A stretch of DNA of 64,000 nt from Candidatus Kapaibacterium sp. (GCA_963665665.1 OY762428.1:2368001-2432000); one strand, 5' to 3'; positions 29,677-39,962 are shown, counted from the first letter of the stretch. Program-made: numbers and translations. The notes: generated by a model not told the origin, from the sequence alone.

Positions 29677-30864
29677 GTGTCTCCTTCGGAAATGGTTCGA
29701 AAAGGATTAATATATCTAAAGAAATTTTCCACGCTACTGATATTATTGGTAGTATCCTGCAATATTCTCCATTCAGAACCCGATAACCTGAAGGGCAGGA
29801 AGAATGAGCTGAACAAACTCAACCGCTCGATAAACGAAACCCGGAATAAAATTAAAAATATATCCAAAAGGGAAAAGAATACCCTGAAGACCCTTGATAC
29901 ATACCAGAAGCATATCAGTAATGTGAAAAGATATATCAACCTGCTTGATTCTGAATTAAATGCTCTACAGGATTCTATCTCTTATCTTGTGGGTTTGATG
30001 AGGATAGCCGGGGAAAACCGGGAAGGTATCAGGGAGGATTTCACAAAACTGGCTTCCATGATTTATCTTAACGGGGAATCCTCGCCGGAGGAACTGATTT
30101 ACCTGAAAAGATCGCCGGAAAAGGAAATCCGGAATAAATATTTTATTAAGCTGCTGGCAGAAAACAGTACAAGGAAAATTTCGGATATCTCCATGTTCAT
30201 GGATACAACCCAAAGCTTAGTGAAGGAACTTTATGATAAATCGATGAGAAGCGAGGAACTTCGCAAAACAAAACAGGGCGAGCAGAATAAGCTGAACAGG
30301 ACACTTGGAGCAAAGAAGAAATTACTAAACAGGTTAAAACAGGACAAAACCTACCTGACAAAAAAATTGAGGCAGAAGGAAGCAAGCGCTAAAAAACTGA
30401 CGAATATTATTGCCGAACTTGCCCGAAAAAGCAGCAGTGGGAGTACAGCAAAAAAATATCCCCCCCCGAAGAAACTTTCCATTGGTTATCTTTCATGGCC
30501 GGTGAAAGGCAGAAAAGTATTGAGGAATTTTGGTAAAATTAAAAATAAGAATACTAACACGATATTCGATAACCCCGGGATTGATATTTCCGCAAAAAAC
30601 GGCTCGGCGGTAACTGCCGCGGCCGACGGGAAAGTTTCGCTTATCCACTGGCTTCCGGGCTACGGCTCGCTTGTTATTGTTGATCACGGAAAGGATATAC
30701 GGACCGTTTATGCAAATCTTTCATCTATCAATGTAAAGAAGGGGCAGAAAGTAAGCCGCGGTACTGTAATTGGTAAATCAGGAGAGTCGGTGGATGGCGC
30801 CTTTGTTCATTTTGAAGTATGGAAGGGCGGCACAAAGCTGAACCCGAGGAAATATATGAAATAA
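29677..30864 (+). CDS. envC: Murein hydrolase activator EnvC (coiled coil + degenerate M23)
   Basis: N-terminal signal, long coiled coil, WPV.G, GIDI, GYG.LVIVDH and HFEV; the M23 zinc His residues are degenerate as in EnvC. Start may be ATG 29692. Confidence 0.8.
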   Translation: MSPSEMVRKGLIYLKKFSTLLILLVVSCNILHSEPDNLKGRKNELNKLNRSINETRNKIKNISKREKNTLKTLDTYQKHISNVKRYINLLDSELNALQDSISYLVGLMRIAGENREGIREDFTKLASMIYLNGESSPEELIYLKRSPEKEIRNKYFIKLLAENSTRKISDISMFMDTTQSLVKELYDKSMRSEELRKTKQGEQNKLNRTLGAKKKLLNRLKQDKTYLTKKLRQKEASAKKLTNIIAELARKSSSGSTAKKYPPPKKLSIGYLSWPVKGRKVLRNFGKIKNKNTNTIFDNPGIDISAKNGSAVTAAADGKVSLIHWLPGYGSLVIVDHGKDIRTVYANLSSINVKKGQKVSRGTVIGKSGESVDGAFVHFEVWKGGTKLNPRKYMK

Positions 30865-30883
30865 GCTAATTACATTTCTGATC

Positions 30884-31153
30884 TTATGCTGCCCCGATAC
30901 CAGAATAGCAGGATGGGCCCTCCGGGCCTGGAGCGGGATTTCCCACATTTCCCCCGGCAAGGCAATCAGGATAGTAAGGATTACTGTCTCCTGATCCATG
31001 AAAACAATTCGGATCATCTGCATCCCACACACCTGAAGTTCCGATTATACAACTTACTGCACCTGCTATACCGCCGGATGCTGCTGAACCATTTCCACAT
31101 AATAAACTGTTATCTGTGCTAATCATGATTGTTTTTAATTTTTGATACTTCAT
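30884..31153 (-). CDS. Small Gly-rich CxxG-repeat peptide, candidate radical-SAM RiPP precursor
   Basis: 89 aa; basic leader MKYQKLKTI, then five Cys each in CxxG context; GC-richer than its AT-rich flank. Confidence 0.6.
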   Translation of the reverse strand: MKYQKLKTIMISTDNSLLCGNGSAASGGIAGAVSCIIGTSGVWDADDPNCFHGSGDSNPYYPDCLAGGNVGNPAPGPEGPSCYSGIGAA

Positions 31154-32104
31154 ACTGTTTATTTCTGAATTAATAAAGAAGTGAAACACATCACAATTTC
31201 CTTATAAATATAAGGAATAATTAAATAGTTGATAAGTTTGGCAATAATTACTCCGTTTATTTTAATATTGAATTTTCTGGTTCAAAACAACATATTTCAG
31301 ATCACTTCCAACAGACACAAATTGAAGCTTTTCCGAAAGCAGATGGCTTTTCAATAAATTTCCGGCCCGGAAAAGCAATATCATGCTGTGTATCATGTTT
31401 CCTCCGCTGCTGCACTGGCTTATTGCTCTCCGTTAAATAGAATAACAGCGCTGAAATTACTTTGGCGTATCCGATAGGAACGAAAATTAGTCAAAAACAA
31501 TGGTATATATTAATCAAAAAATAATATTAATAATACAAATTATAATATTTTATTTCTATCCTTATATATTTTAGATATTTATAATAAAATATATAATTTA
31601 TTCAACCATTGATATAGTATAACTAACAAAACTTTTTACATATATTATAAAATAATTAATGTATATAATTATTTTAATATTATATCAAATAATATTATTG
31701 AAATATCCTATTAAATAAATGATTTATATAATAATTTATATAGTATATCTTTTTTATTAGGCGGATTAAATATTTCATAATTTATATCATTAATATTATT
31801 AGCCAGGCATTGAATTTAATAATTCATGTAATTTATTTTATAAAATGATAAGAATAAATAATTTGATGGATCAATAATAGTTTAAATCATAATATTAATA
31901 TGCTTATCCGGTCCAATATTTTTATAAAATATCTTGATTATTTAATAATAATAACTTAAAAATTTATAGGGTATTATAATGTTTTAATCAGATTAATCGG
32001 GTAATTAGAATTCTACCGGATTGATAAGGTTTTGGGTGGTTGGTCATAATGATTTTGACTGCGGAGAATTGATGCCAGGAATAATAATTAATCGGATTAT
32101 TAAT

Positions 32105-32142
32105 AAAAAAAACCAATCCATAATAATACTATGGATTGGTTT
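32105..32142 (-). terminator. Rho-independent terminator
   Basis: AAACCAATCCATA/TATGGATTGGTTT stem with an A-run on the + strand (U tract on -), downstream of the PLP enzyme gene. Confidence 0.75.
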
Positions 32143-32208
32143 GATCAATAAACATATCTGCCTGATTTTATTTGGCAATATCTAAATCGACAAATAAAAT
32201 TGAAGATC

Positions 32209-33408
32209 TTATAAAACGCCGGTTTTCTTGGCTGATTCCATAATTCTTTCGAAAGTACGTTCAATATCCTGATCCAGGCCCATTGAAAAGCGCATCAGGC
32301 CGGGAGTCATTCCCATTCTGTCCTGTTCTTCCTGCGGAATTTCAGAACTTGTACTGCTGCCCGGCGATGAGAACAATGTTTTGTAGAAACCAAGGCTAAC
32401 AGCAAAATATCCGATCTTACGCTCCTGCATATCAACCATGAAGTTGATTGCTGTTTCTTTTTCTTTTGCATCTACTGTTACCATTCCGCTAAAGCCGTAC
32501 TGAGGATTGATCATTGTTTTTATCAGTTCATGCTGTGGATGGGAGGGAAGCCCCGGATAGAAAATTTTAACGCCGTTTTTCTCAAGATTTTCAGCAACGT
32601 ACATTGCATTGTCGCTGTGTTTTTTCATCCTGAGATGAAGTGTGCGCATATTTTTAAGAATACTTGCAGACCTTAGCGGGTCAAGTACCGGCCCAAGAAG
32701 CATTCCGGCGCCGTCGTTAACGGATTTCAGGCTTGAACAGAATTCATGGTCTGCACAGATAGCTCCGCCAAGAGTATCGTTTGTGCCGTTGATAAATTTA
32801 GTCATGCTGTAAATAACCACGTGAGCGCCAAGTTTATACGGAGAAACAACCAGCGGGCTGAAAGTATTGTCAACAACCAGTTTGCAGCCATGTTTGTCTG
32901 CCATTTCACGAAGTTTCGGAAGGTCGGCAATTTCGAGCAAAGGATTACTGATAGTTTCGCAATAGATAACTTTTGTTTTATCTGTAATAGCTGCTTCAAT
33001 AGCATCAAGGTCAGTAATATTCACAAATTTTGTATTGATACCGAATTTAGGGAAGAAGTTTTTCATAATAGCATAACTGCCGCCATAAATAGTACGGCTG
33101 GATACTATTTCATCGCCCTGGTTGCAAAGTTGCATCAAAGCCACGCTGATAGCGCCCATACCTGAACCAAACACCTGTGCGTCTTCGGTGCCTTCCATTT
33201 TTGCCAATGCTTTTGAAAGGTATTCACTTGATGCATTCAAATGCCTTGAGTATAGAAAACATCCGGGAATTTCTTCGTTGAAGAGCCTTTCCATTGCGTC
33301 GCCCTGAAGAAATGTAAAAGTTGCGGAATCGCATATAGATGGATTAACTCCTCCGAATTCCCCGAAAGCCTGAAAATCCTGTAACTCGTTTGCCGGTTCG
33401 TAAGCCAT
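32209..33408 (-). CDS. Cys/Met metabolism PLP-dependent lyase (methionine gamma-lyase-like)
   Basis: YSR, SGMGAI, YGG, VVDNTF, SMTKFING (PLP lysine), AVSLG, RFSMG. Confidence 0.88.
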   Translation of the reverse strand: MAYEPANELQDFQAFGEFGGVNPSICDSATFTFLQGDAMERLFNEEIPGCFLYSRHLNASSEYLSKALAKMEGTEDAQVFGSGMGAISVALMQLCNQGDEIVSSRTIYGGSYAIMKNFFPKFGINTKFVNITDLDAIEAAITDKTKVIYCETISNPLLEIADLPKLREMADKHGCKLVVDNTFSPLVVSPYKLGAHVVIYSMTKFINGTNDTLGGAICADHEFCSSLKSVNDGAGMLLGPVLDPLRSASILKNMRTLHLRMKKHSDNAMYVAENLEKNGVKIFYPGLPSHPQHELIKTMINPQYGFSGMVTVDAKEKETAINFMVDMQERKIGYFAVSLGFYKTLFSSPGSSTSSEIPQEEQDRMGMTPGLMRFSMGLDQDIERTFERIMESAKKTGVL

Positions 33409-33585
33409 TTTATTCTCCTGTTAAGTTTAATATAAAATATATTTTTTCAATTTTTCCCATTATTCTTCCTAATTGAAGAAATCAATCCATAACCTTACAA
33501 GATTATTAACATCAAAATTGCATAATATTTTTTACATTAACAATATGAATTGTAATAATTTTAAAATTTCGATCAGAATTATTTA

Positions 33586-34116
33586 TCAATTATATTCCAG
33601 CCACTTCCTTGAAAAATCCTCGAACGAACGATTCTTGGCTTTGGCAGTTTCCACCGAGAATGCCTTCATCAGTTCGTGCATGAAATCAATTCGGGAGCGG
33701 AATTTCCTGTGGTAAAGGCTGTTGAACTCTTCCTTTGTTACATTTTCAGTATTTTCATACTGGTTAATATCGAAATCCAGGGATTTTTGATGGTTCAGCC
33801 CGGCAAGATACCAGCTTTCAATTTCCATTATTACTATCGATATTTTCTTCTTATCAAGGTTGCTGAATTTATGGCGTAATATGCCTTTCTTTTCCCCCAC
33901 GCTATAATCCTCATCCTTATCAGCAGTAAAGATATAATCAAAATCAAGAGTTTGAATGCTAAGCAGGAAAAGGTTCACTTTTTCTTTTTTCATCTGGGCA
34001 TATTTAATAATTTCAACGTCGGCATAATGCTCAAGCAGTATGGGTACTATCAGCTTTTGGAAGAAACGGTGGTCATCGTTTCCTTCAACGAATACATAAA
34101 CTTTATTTAATTTCAT
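33586..34116 (-). CDS. TOPRIM-fold protein (DUF4435/DUF4276-like)
   Basis: VFVEG.DD, D.D and EIESWYLAG motifs; GGGAG RBS before ATG 34116. Confidence 0.65.
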   Translation of the reverse strand: MKLNKVYVFVEGNDDHRFFQKLIVPILLEHYADVEIIKYAQMKKEKVNLFLLSIQTLDFDYIFTADKDEDYSVGEKKGILRHKFSNLDKKKISIVIMEIESWYLAGLNHQKSLDFDINQYENTENVTKEEFNSLYHRKFRSRIDFMHELMKAFSVETAKAKNRSFEDFSRKWLEYN

Positions 34117-34521
34117 TTTATTCTCCCAACAATATACTTTTAGCCGGACGAGCAATAGGCCATTATCGTTTATTTGCCGCAACCTGACCTTTTAAAATAA
34201 AATATTCCTCCGTGCAAATTATCCCGGCAGAAGCCGAGTGTTAACTCAGATAGTTGATTCTTCCCTCTTCATTATTTCAGATATCAATTAATCTGTTTAC
34301 CATGATAGTATAATTACAGGATCGTGATATAATTTATATCAAAATTGCAACATATTATAACTTTTATTGAAAACTGCTGATTCGGAAATGAGTTTGGGGG
34401 CGGGTTAAATTATATCAATACCTTCTATATGAAAATATGCTGATCATATTATATTCCGGGATTGATTTTTTGATGTCTCAACTTATGATTTAATAATTAT
34501 GAATAAAATTAAATATTATAT

Positions 34522-34549
34522 TAAAATTAATTGCATTATTAGCCGATAT
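34522..34549 (+). promoter_or_regulatory. Sigma28 (FliA/SigD)-like promoter
   Basis: TAAA-N16-GCCGATAT about 35 bp upstream of the 34583 ATG; the -10 element matches the SigD-type consensus. Confidence 0.55.
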
Positions 34550-34582
34550 TAATTATATAAAGCTAATACTATGGAGTGATAT

Positions 34583-34780
34583 ATGAAGAAGTTAATAAAC
34601 GGAAAGCAGATAATAGACCTTAGAGGCCGGGAATCATCGGCTCCGAAAATCGATGAAAACATCAGGAAAAACCTTGATGTTGCAATACAGAAGAATCACA
34701 AATCTGCAATTAAGGTGCTTGTTGACTGGATAAAAAGTGATAAGCAGGAAGACCCTTTCGAAGAATACCGCCGATTCTAA
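34583..34780 (+). CDS. Small hypothetical protein resembling the FliF C-terminal FliG-binding helix
   Basis: GGAG RBS 6 nt before ATG; amphipathic segment LDVAIQKNHKSAIKVLVDWIKSD. Confidence 0.6.
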   Translation: MKKLINGKQIIDLRGRESSAPKIDENIRKNLDVAIQKNHKSAIKVLVDWIKSDKQEDPFEEYRRF

Positions 34781-34934
34781 GAAAATCCGGCCCTGTACGA
34801 ACAGAACCAATTATTATTAAATGGTTTATAAATAATTGCCCATAGAGCATTTTATTGCTAATTGTATTAATCCCCAAAGCAAACTGTGGGATGGTTCTAT
34901 GATTTTTTTAATGGGGAATTCGGCAAGCCTGATT

Positions 34935-37181
34935 TTATTTAAAGGCATACTCCAAAGACATTATTATTCTTCTGCCCGGCTGCGGGAGAAGAGAACTGAG
35001 CCAGCCGCTGCTTCCATGCCAAACACCGTTTTCGCTGTAATAACCGGGTTCGTTACCGGCATCGGCAGTGCGAATACCAGGATGGAAATAGTGAGTGTCA
35101 AAAATATTTTTCAGCTTGAGTGAAAGGCTGAGCCCGTGTGCCGGAAAATCTGTTATCCGCATATTCATATCTATAATCGAGTATGCATCAACAATGCCAA
35201 CAGGATTAGTAGATACTGTTTCCCGATCAGATACGAAACGCCCGAGTATTGTAAAGAACAGTTTTTCTTTCCAGGCAGCAGTAAGCCCGAAATAAAGTTT
35301 ATGAGGAGCAATATCCCCGATCGGCCCTTCCTGGTATTCGTCTTCTTTTTCAATATAAACTTCATCCCCGTTTGTATGGGTATAAGAATAATAAGCATGA
35401 AGATCAATATCAAAATTGCTAAACAAATTCAGGAAGTAATTTAATTGATAGTCTATACCGAAGATGTTTCTTTCTCCGATATTAGCGCCCCCGATATTGA
35501 AATTCAATATAGTGTTGGTATAAATTGCATGATATGCATTTATTGATTGCCGTAATTTACCGCTACTGTAGGTGATTCCTGTTTCGAAAGTGCTGCCTTC
35601 CTCAGGCTTTAATTCCGGTTCGCTGCCAAGCCCGGACCAGGAACCATAAAGAACTCTCGGGCTTGGTGCCTGGTATGCTTCGCCGTACAGCAATTTAAAA
35701 ACAAAATCAAGCCGGTTATAAATATACCCTGCCCTTAATGTTGTAGAACCGCCATATTCGGATTGATGATCATATCTTACCCCTGCATGGAAAATATGAT
35801 TTTCTGTCAGTGAATACTTCCCATTTACGAAAATTCCTTTTTCCTCGGTTACAACTCTGTTGTCGTATTTATATGCAGGATCGGGAGGATGCGGGAAGTA
35901 ATATTCATCGGCAAATACCGAATCAGGATACATATAGGGCCCGGCATATATTTCGTAAGCTTTCTGAAGGTTTTTCTGCTGATATTCAAAACCACCGGAG
36001 AAAAACAAATCAGCAATAGGGTTATAATTAAAGTTTTGGAAAAATGCCCAGCTTGAATTCACAGATTGCCATAGTTCAAAGTTTATTAGCCGGACAGTAT
36101 CGCCTGTAATTTCATCGATAGCATTGAAGCCCTGTGCCAATGCAGAGTTATTTGGTACATCGCTGCCAAAGTATCTCAGCATACTCAAACTTCTCAATGA
36201 TTCATCAATATTGATATCATAACGGGCATATATGCTGTAATCCTGTTTTGTCCAAACAACATTTGGCAGCACTTTATCGGCAGCGTACTCATTGGCATAA
36301 CCAGATGTCAGTTCATAAAACTGGCCTCCAATTTCAGCATTGCCAAGGTATGTTCTCAGGTCTATAGCCCTGTGTCTGTTCAAAGATTGCAAACCGCCAG
36401 TTGCCTTGCTGTCAACAAAACCACCCCAAAGGTCACGGTTGTTGATATATTTTGATTTAGACCATTCATAAGTTTCATTGGTTTCCGGGAAGTCATCACC
36501 GTTTTCAAAACGGGCAGATAAAGCAACCTTTATATCATCTTTCTTGTAGAAATAGCTTATATCGCCGATATATTTATCATAATTTCCAATCGATGCTTTT
36601 CCGGAAATCTCAGAGCCGTCGCTGATCGCATCTTTTTTTGTAATAATATTGATAACACCTGTAAAAGCATTCGCACCGTATATAACCGAAACCGGGCCGT
36701 AAACAACTTCAATACGTTCAATATTTGAAATCGGACAGGCACGCATTGATTCGGAATCATTATAATAGAGATCAGACCAGACCATTCCGTCTAACATCAT
36801 CAGATACGGGCTGCCGAATGAATTCCTGTAGCCGCGCATATAATTTTTAAATGAAATATCGTTATTCACACGAATAACATCCATACCCGGAAGGTCGTCA
36901 AGAATTTCAGAAAGGTCTGAATAGCCCCGGTTATTTATATCCTCACGCGAAATAACCATAACCGTAGCAGGGGCCTCGGTGGCTGATTCATAAATATTTG
37001 ATGCCGTAATAACTTTCAGGTTCAGCAATTCATCGATTGATAATTCTGATAAAGTCTTTCCGGATACTATTTCATTATCATCAGCAAACAAATTTAAAGC
37101 TGTAAACAAGATAAGGGGTATAAAAATATTTTTAATTCTTCTTATCACTACATTATCCTTTTTAATGAAGCTTAAATTCAT
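34935..37181 (-). CDS. TonB-dependent receptor
   Basis: LSIDELLNLKVITAS...EAPATV.VI; plug motif IERIEVVYGP.SVIYGANAF.GVINIIT; C-terminal NIFD...PGR...YAF. Confidence 0.9.
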   Translation of the reverse strand: MNLSFIKKDNVVIRRIKNIFIPLILFTALNLFADDNEIVSGKTLSELSIDELLNLKVITASNIYESATEAPATVMVISREDINNRGYSDLSEILDDLPGMDVIRVNNDISFKNYMRGYRNSFGSPYLMMLDGMVWSDLYYNDSESMRACPISNIERIEVVYGPVSVIYGANAFTGVINIITKKDAISDGSEISGKASIGNYDKYIGDISYFYKKDDIKVALSARFENGDDFPETNETYEWSKSKYINNRDLWGGFVDSKATGGLQSLNRHRAIDLRTYLGNAEIGGQFYELTSGYANEYAADKVLPNVVWTKQDYSIYARYDINIDESLRSLSMLRYFGSDVPNNSALAQGFNAIDEITGDTVRLINFELWQSVNSSWAFFQNFNYNPIADLFFSGGFEYQQKNLQKAYEIYAGPYMYPDSVFADEYYFPHPPDPAYKYDNRVVTEEKGIFVNGKYSLTENHIFHAGVRYDHQSEYGGSTTLRAGYIYNRLDFVFKLLYGEAYQAPSPRVLYGSWSGLGSEPELKPEEGSTFETGITYSSGKLRQSINAYHAIYTNTILNFNIGGANIGERNIFGIDYQLNYFLNLFSNFDIDLHAYYSYTHTNGDEVYIEKEDEYQEGPIGDIAPHKLYFGLTAAWKEKLFFTILGRFVSDRETVSTNPVGIVDAYSIIDMNMRITDFPAHGLSLSLKLKNIFDTHYFHPGIRTADAGNEPGYYSENGVWHGSSGWLSSLLPQPGRRIIMSLEYAFK

Positions 37182-37398
37182 TTTGTAATATATATAATAG
37201 CTAAATTTATTTTAAATAAAAAGAAATATTTAATTTAATTCTGATTATTTTTAATATATATACGATACTCACTGCTGCTTTTCCTCTGTGTACGGAAGAA
37301 AGAATAAAAAAATTATCACCAAAAAAGACATGCTATATATTAATAAATCGATCATATTTAGTATTTTTACGGCATTGAAAAATTTATAAGGATTAGAT

Positions 37399-39156
37399 AT
37401 GAAAATATTTATTACAATTTTTACAATAGTATTTACCCTTGGCACTAACGCCTATTCTAATGATTGGCAGACATTTTTTGAGAAATCCGGGGGAATGGAA
37501 ACACCCAGGCTGAAAGAAACCCTGGAATACTGCTACAGAATGGCTTCTGTTTCGGATATGATTAATATGGTTGAATTTGGCCGGACACCACAGGGCAGGC
37601 CGCTTGTAATGATGATAGTGGACAAAGAAGGGCTGGTTTCACCGGAAGAAATAAGAAAACGAGGCAGGGTTGTTTTACTTGTGGAATCAGCTATTCATCC
37701 CGGCGAGCCGGATGGAAAGGATGCTATGCTGATGCTGGTAAGGGATATTGCTTTAACCCAAAAACACCCCGGCCTTGAGGATAATGTCAGCATACTTTTT
37801 ATACCGGTTTTCAATGCCGACGGCCACGAGAGATTTGGCAAATACAACAGGATAAACCAGAACGGGCCGGTGGAAATGGGCTGGCGCGTAACAGCACAGA
37901 ATTACAACCTTAACCGTGACTTCCTGAAGGCTGATTCCCCGGAAATGCAGGCATGGCTGAAATTATATAATAAATGGCAGCCCGAATTCTTTATCGACTG
38001 CCATACAACCGATGGCGCTGATTACCAATATGTACTGACTTATAAACTTGAAACTTACGGCAATATGCTGCCGGATTTGTCTGATTGGCAGACTGAAAGC
38101 TATCTTCCATATATAATAGAAAAAATGCAATCAGTCAATTATCCGGTTTTTCCTTATGTATATTTTCGTCGCTGGCACGATCCCCGAAGCGGCCTGCATA
38201 CGGGAGCTGCGCCTCCGATGCTTTCGCAGGGATATACAGCGCTCAGGAACAGGCCCGGGCTGCTGATAGAAACCCACATGCTGAAACCTTATAAGCAAAG
38301 GGTGGAAGCTACCTACGAAATGATAAGGTTTACCATGGAATTGCTTGCAAAAGATCATGAAAAACTGATGAGTATTATTGAAAAAGCAGATTTTATCTGT
38401 GCATTCGCTGACTTCAGGAAGAATAAATTTCCGGTAAAATTCAGGACTTCCTATGAAGATTCCGTTATGGTGGATTTTCTCGGGATAGATTATACAATCG
38501 AAGAAAGTGACCTGAGCGGCGGGCTGTGGTTTAAATATAACGGTAAGCCAAAGACTTTCCGCCTTCCGTTTTTTGACCATGTAATTTCTGAAAAGGAAGT
38601 TGAACTGCCCGATGTTTACATAATACCGGCAGAATGGACGGAGGTTATAAAACGCCTTGATTATCACGGGATTGAATATGAAATAACAAAAGACGAGCAG
38701 ACAATTATGGTAGATTCATACAAACTGACCAATCCCGATTGGGCCGGCTCTCCTTACGAAGGGCGTTTCAGGGTGTCGTTTAATACCGAAAAGATAAAAG
38801 AAGAAAGGACCTATCCTCCGGGCTCTGTTATGGTTCCTATGAACCAGCCTTTATCTATGGTGATAGCATACCTTCTTGAACCCGAAGCCAACGGATCGCT
38901 TGCAAGCTGGGGATTTTTCAACTCCATTTTCACTCAAAAGGAATATTCGGAATCCTACGTGATGGAGGAGATGGCTCGCGAGATGCTGGCAAAAGATCCG
39001 GAACTAAAAAAAGAATTTATGAAAAAGATAAAAAGTGATAGCAGCTTTGCCGGGAATACATGGGGCATACTGAACTGGTTCTATAGTAAAACTCCGTATT
39101 GGGACGAAAAGAAAGACAAGTATCCGGTGGGTAAAATATTTATAATTAATAAGTAG
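37399..39156 (+). CDS. M14 family zinc carboxypeptidase
   Basis: Signal peptide; IHPGE (HxxE), NADGHE, NLNRD, DCHTTDG. Confidence 0.88.
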   Translation: MKIFITIFTIVFTLGTNAYSNDWQTFFEKSGGMETPRLKETLEYCYRMASVSDMINMVEFGRTPQGRPLVMMIVDKEGLVSPEEIRKRGRVVLLVESAIHPGEPDGKDAMLMLVRDIALTQKHPGLEDNVSILFIPVFNADGHERFGKYNRINQNGPVEMGWRVTAQNYNLNRDFLKADSPEMQAWLKLYNKWQPEFFIDCHTTDGADYQYVLTYKLETYGNMLPDLSDWQTESYLPYIIEKMQSVNYPVFPYVYFRRWHDPRSGLHTGAAPPMLSQGYTALRNRPGLLIETHMLKPYKQRVEATYEMIRFTMELLAKDHEKLMSIIEKADFICAFADFRKNKFPVKFRTSYEDSVMVDFLGIDYTIEESDLSGGLWFKYNGKPKTFRLPFFDHVISEKEVELPDVYIIPAEWTEVIKRLDYHGIEYEITKDEQTIMVDSYKLTNPDWAGSPYEGRFRVSFNTEKIKEERTYPPGSVMVPMNQPLSMVIAYLLEPEANGSLASWGFFNSIFTQKEYSESYVMEEMAREMLAKDPELKKEFMKKIKSDSSFAGNTWGILNWFYSKTPYWDEKKDKYPVGKIFIINK

Positions 39157-39361
39157 ATAGCAATAAGTAAATACAAAATTCAGCCCGGTTTGATGTTGTT
39201 TGTCAGGAGATGGATCCGGGAATATCAAAAATAATGAAATTTTTATTCCGGAAAATATTGGTTCCGGAATATCATTATATGGAATCTTAATGTTAAAATA
39301 AGAGTTAATATAATTCGTTAACCCAAATAATAAAATTTTTGCAAACTAAAAATATAATTAG

Positions 39362-39928
39362 ATGAAAATAATAACTACTTTAATAACTTTAAGTATAGTA
39401 TTAATGATGATATCTGCAGCTAATTCCGAAAAAATTGAAACCAATGTTGATTCCGTTTATGAATTTGAAGCAAAAACAATTGACGGAGAAAACAAATCAC
39501 TTTCCGAATACAAAGGCAAAGTAATTTTGATTGTAAATGTTGCAAGCAAATGCGGATTTACAAAGCATTATTCCGGGTTGCAGGAATTATATGAAAAATA
39601 TAAAGATGATGGATTTGTGGTTCTTGGCTTTCCATGCAACCAATTCGGCAGACAGGAACCGGGAACAGAAGCAGAAATAAAAGAGTTCTGCTCTACAAAT
39701 TACGGGGTTGATTTTCCCATGTTCTCAAAAATTGATGTGAATGGCAGCAATGCTCATCCCCTGTACAAATATCTTAAAAGCGAAAAAGGCGGCCTGATTA
39801 CGGACGATATTAAGTGGAATTTTACAAAATTCCTTATAGGCAAAGACGGCAAACCAATTAAGAGATATGCTACAACTACCTCTCCGAAAAGTATCGGCAG
39901 CGATATTGAAACAGCCCTGAATATTTAA
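39362..39928 (+). CDS. gpx: Glutathione peroxidase (Cys-type) with signal peptide
   Basis: GKVILIVNVASKCG, LGFPCNQF..QEPG, IKWNFTKFLI. Confidence 0.93.
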   Translation: MKIITTLITLSIVLMMISAANSEKIETNVDSVYEFEAKTIDGENKSLSEYKGKVILIVNVASKCGFTKHYSGLQELYEKYKDDGFVVLGFPCNQFGRQEPGTEAEIKEFCSTNYGVDFPMFSKIDVNGSNAHPLYKYLKSEKGGLITDDIKWNFTKFLIGKDGKPIKRYATTTSPKSIGSDIETALNI

Positions 39929-39962
39929 AATTTTCATACTTTTAACACCATATCTACTTATG

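Noticed and set aside
31500-32000. Replication origin
   Set aside because: AT-rich, but no cluster of TTATCCACA-like DnaA boxes was seen and no dnaA/gidA-type neighbours are present.
39551-39553. Selenocysteine in glutathione peroxidase
   Set aside because: The active-site codon is TGC (Cys), not TGA.
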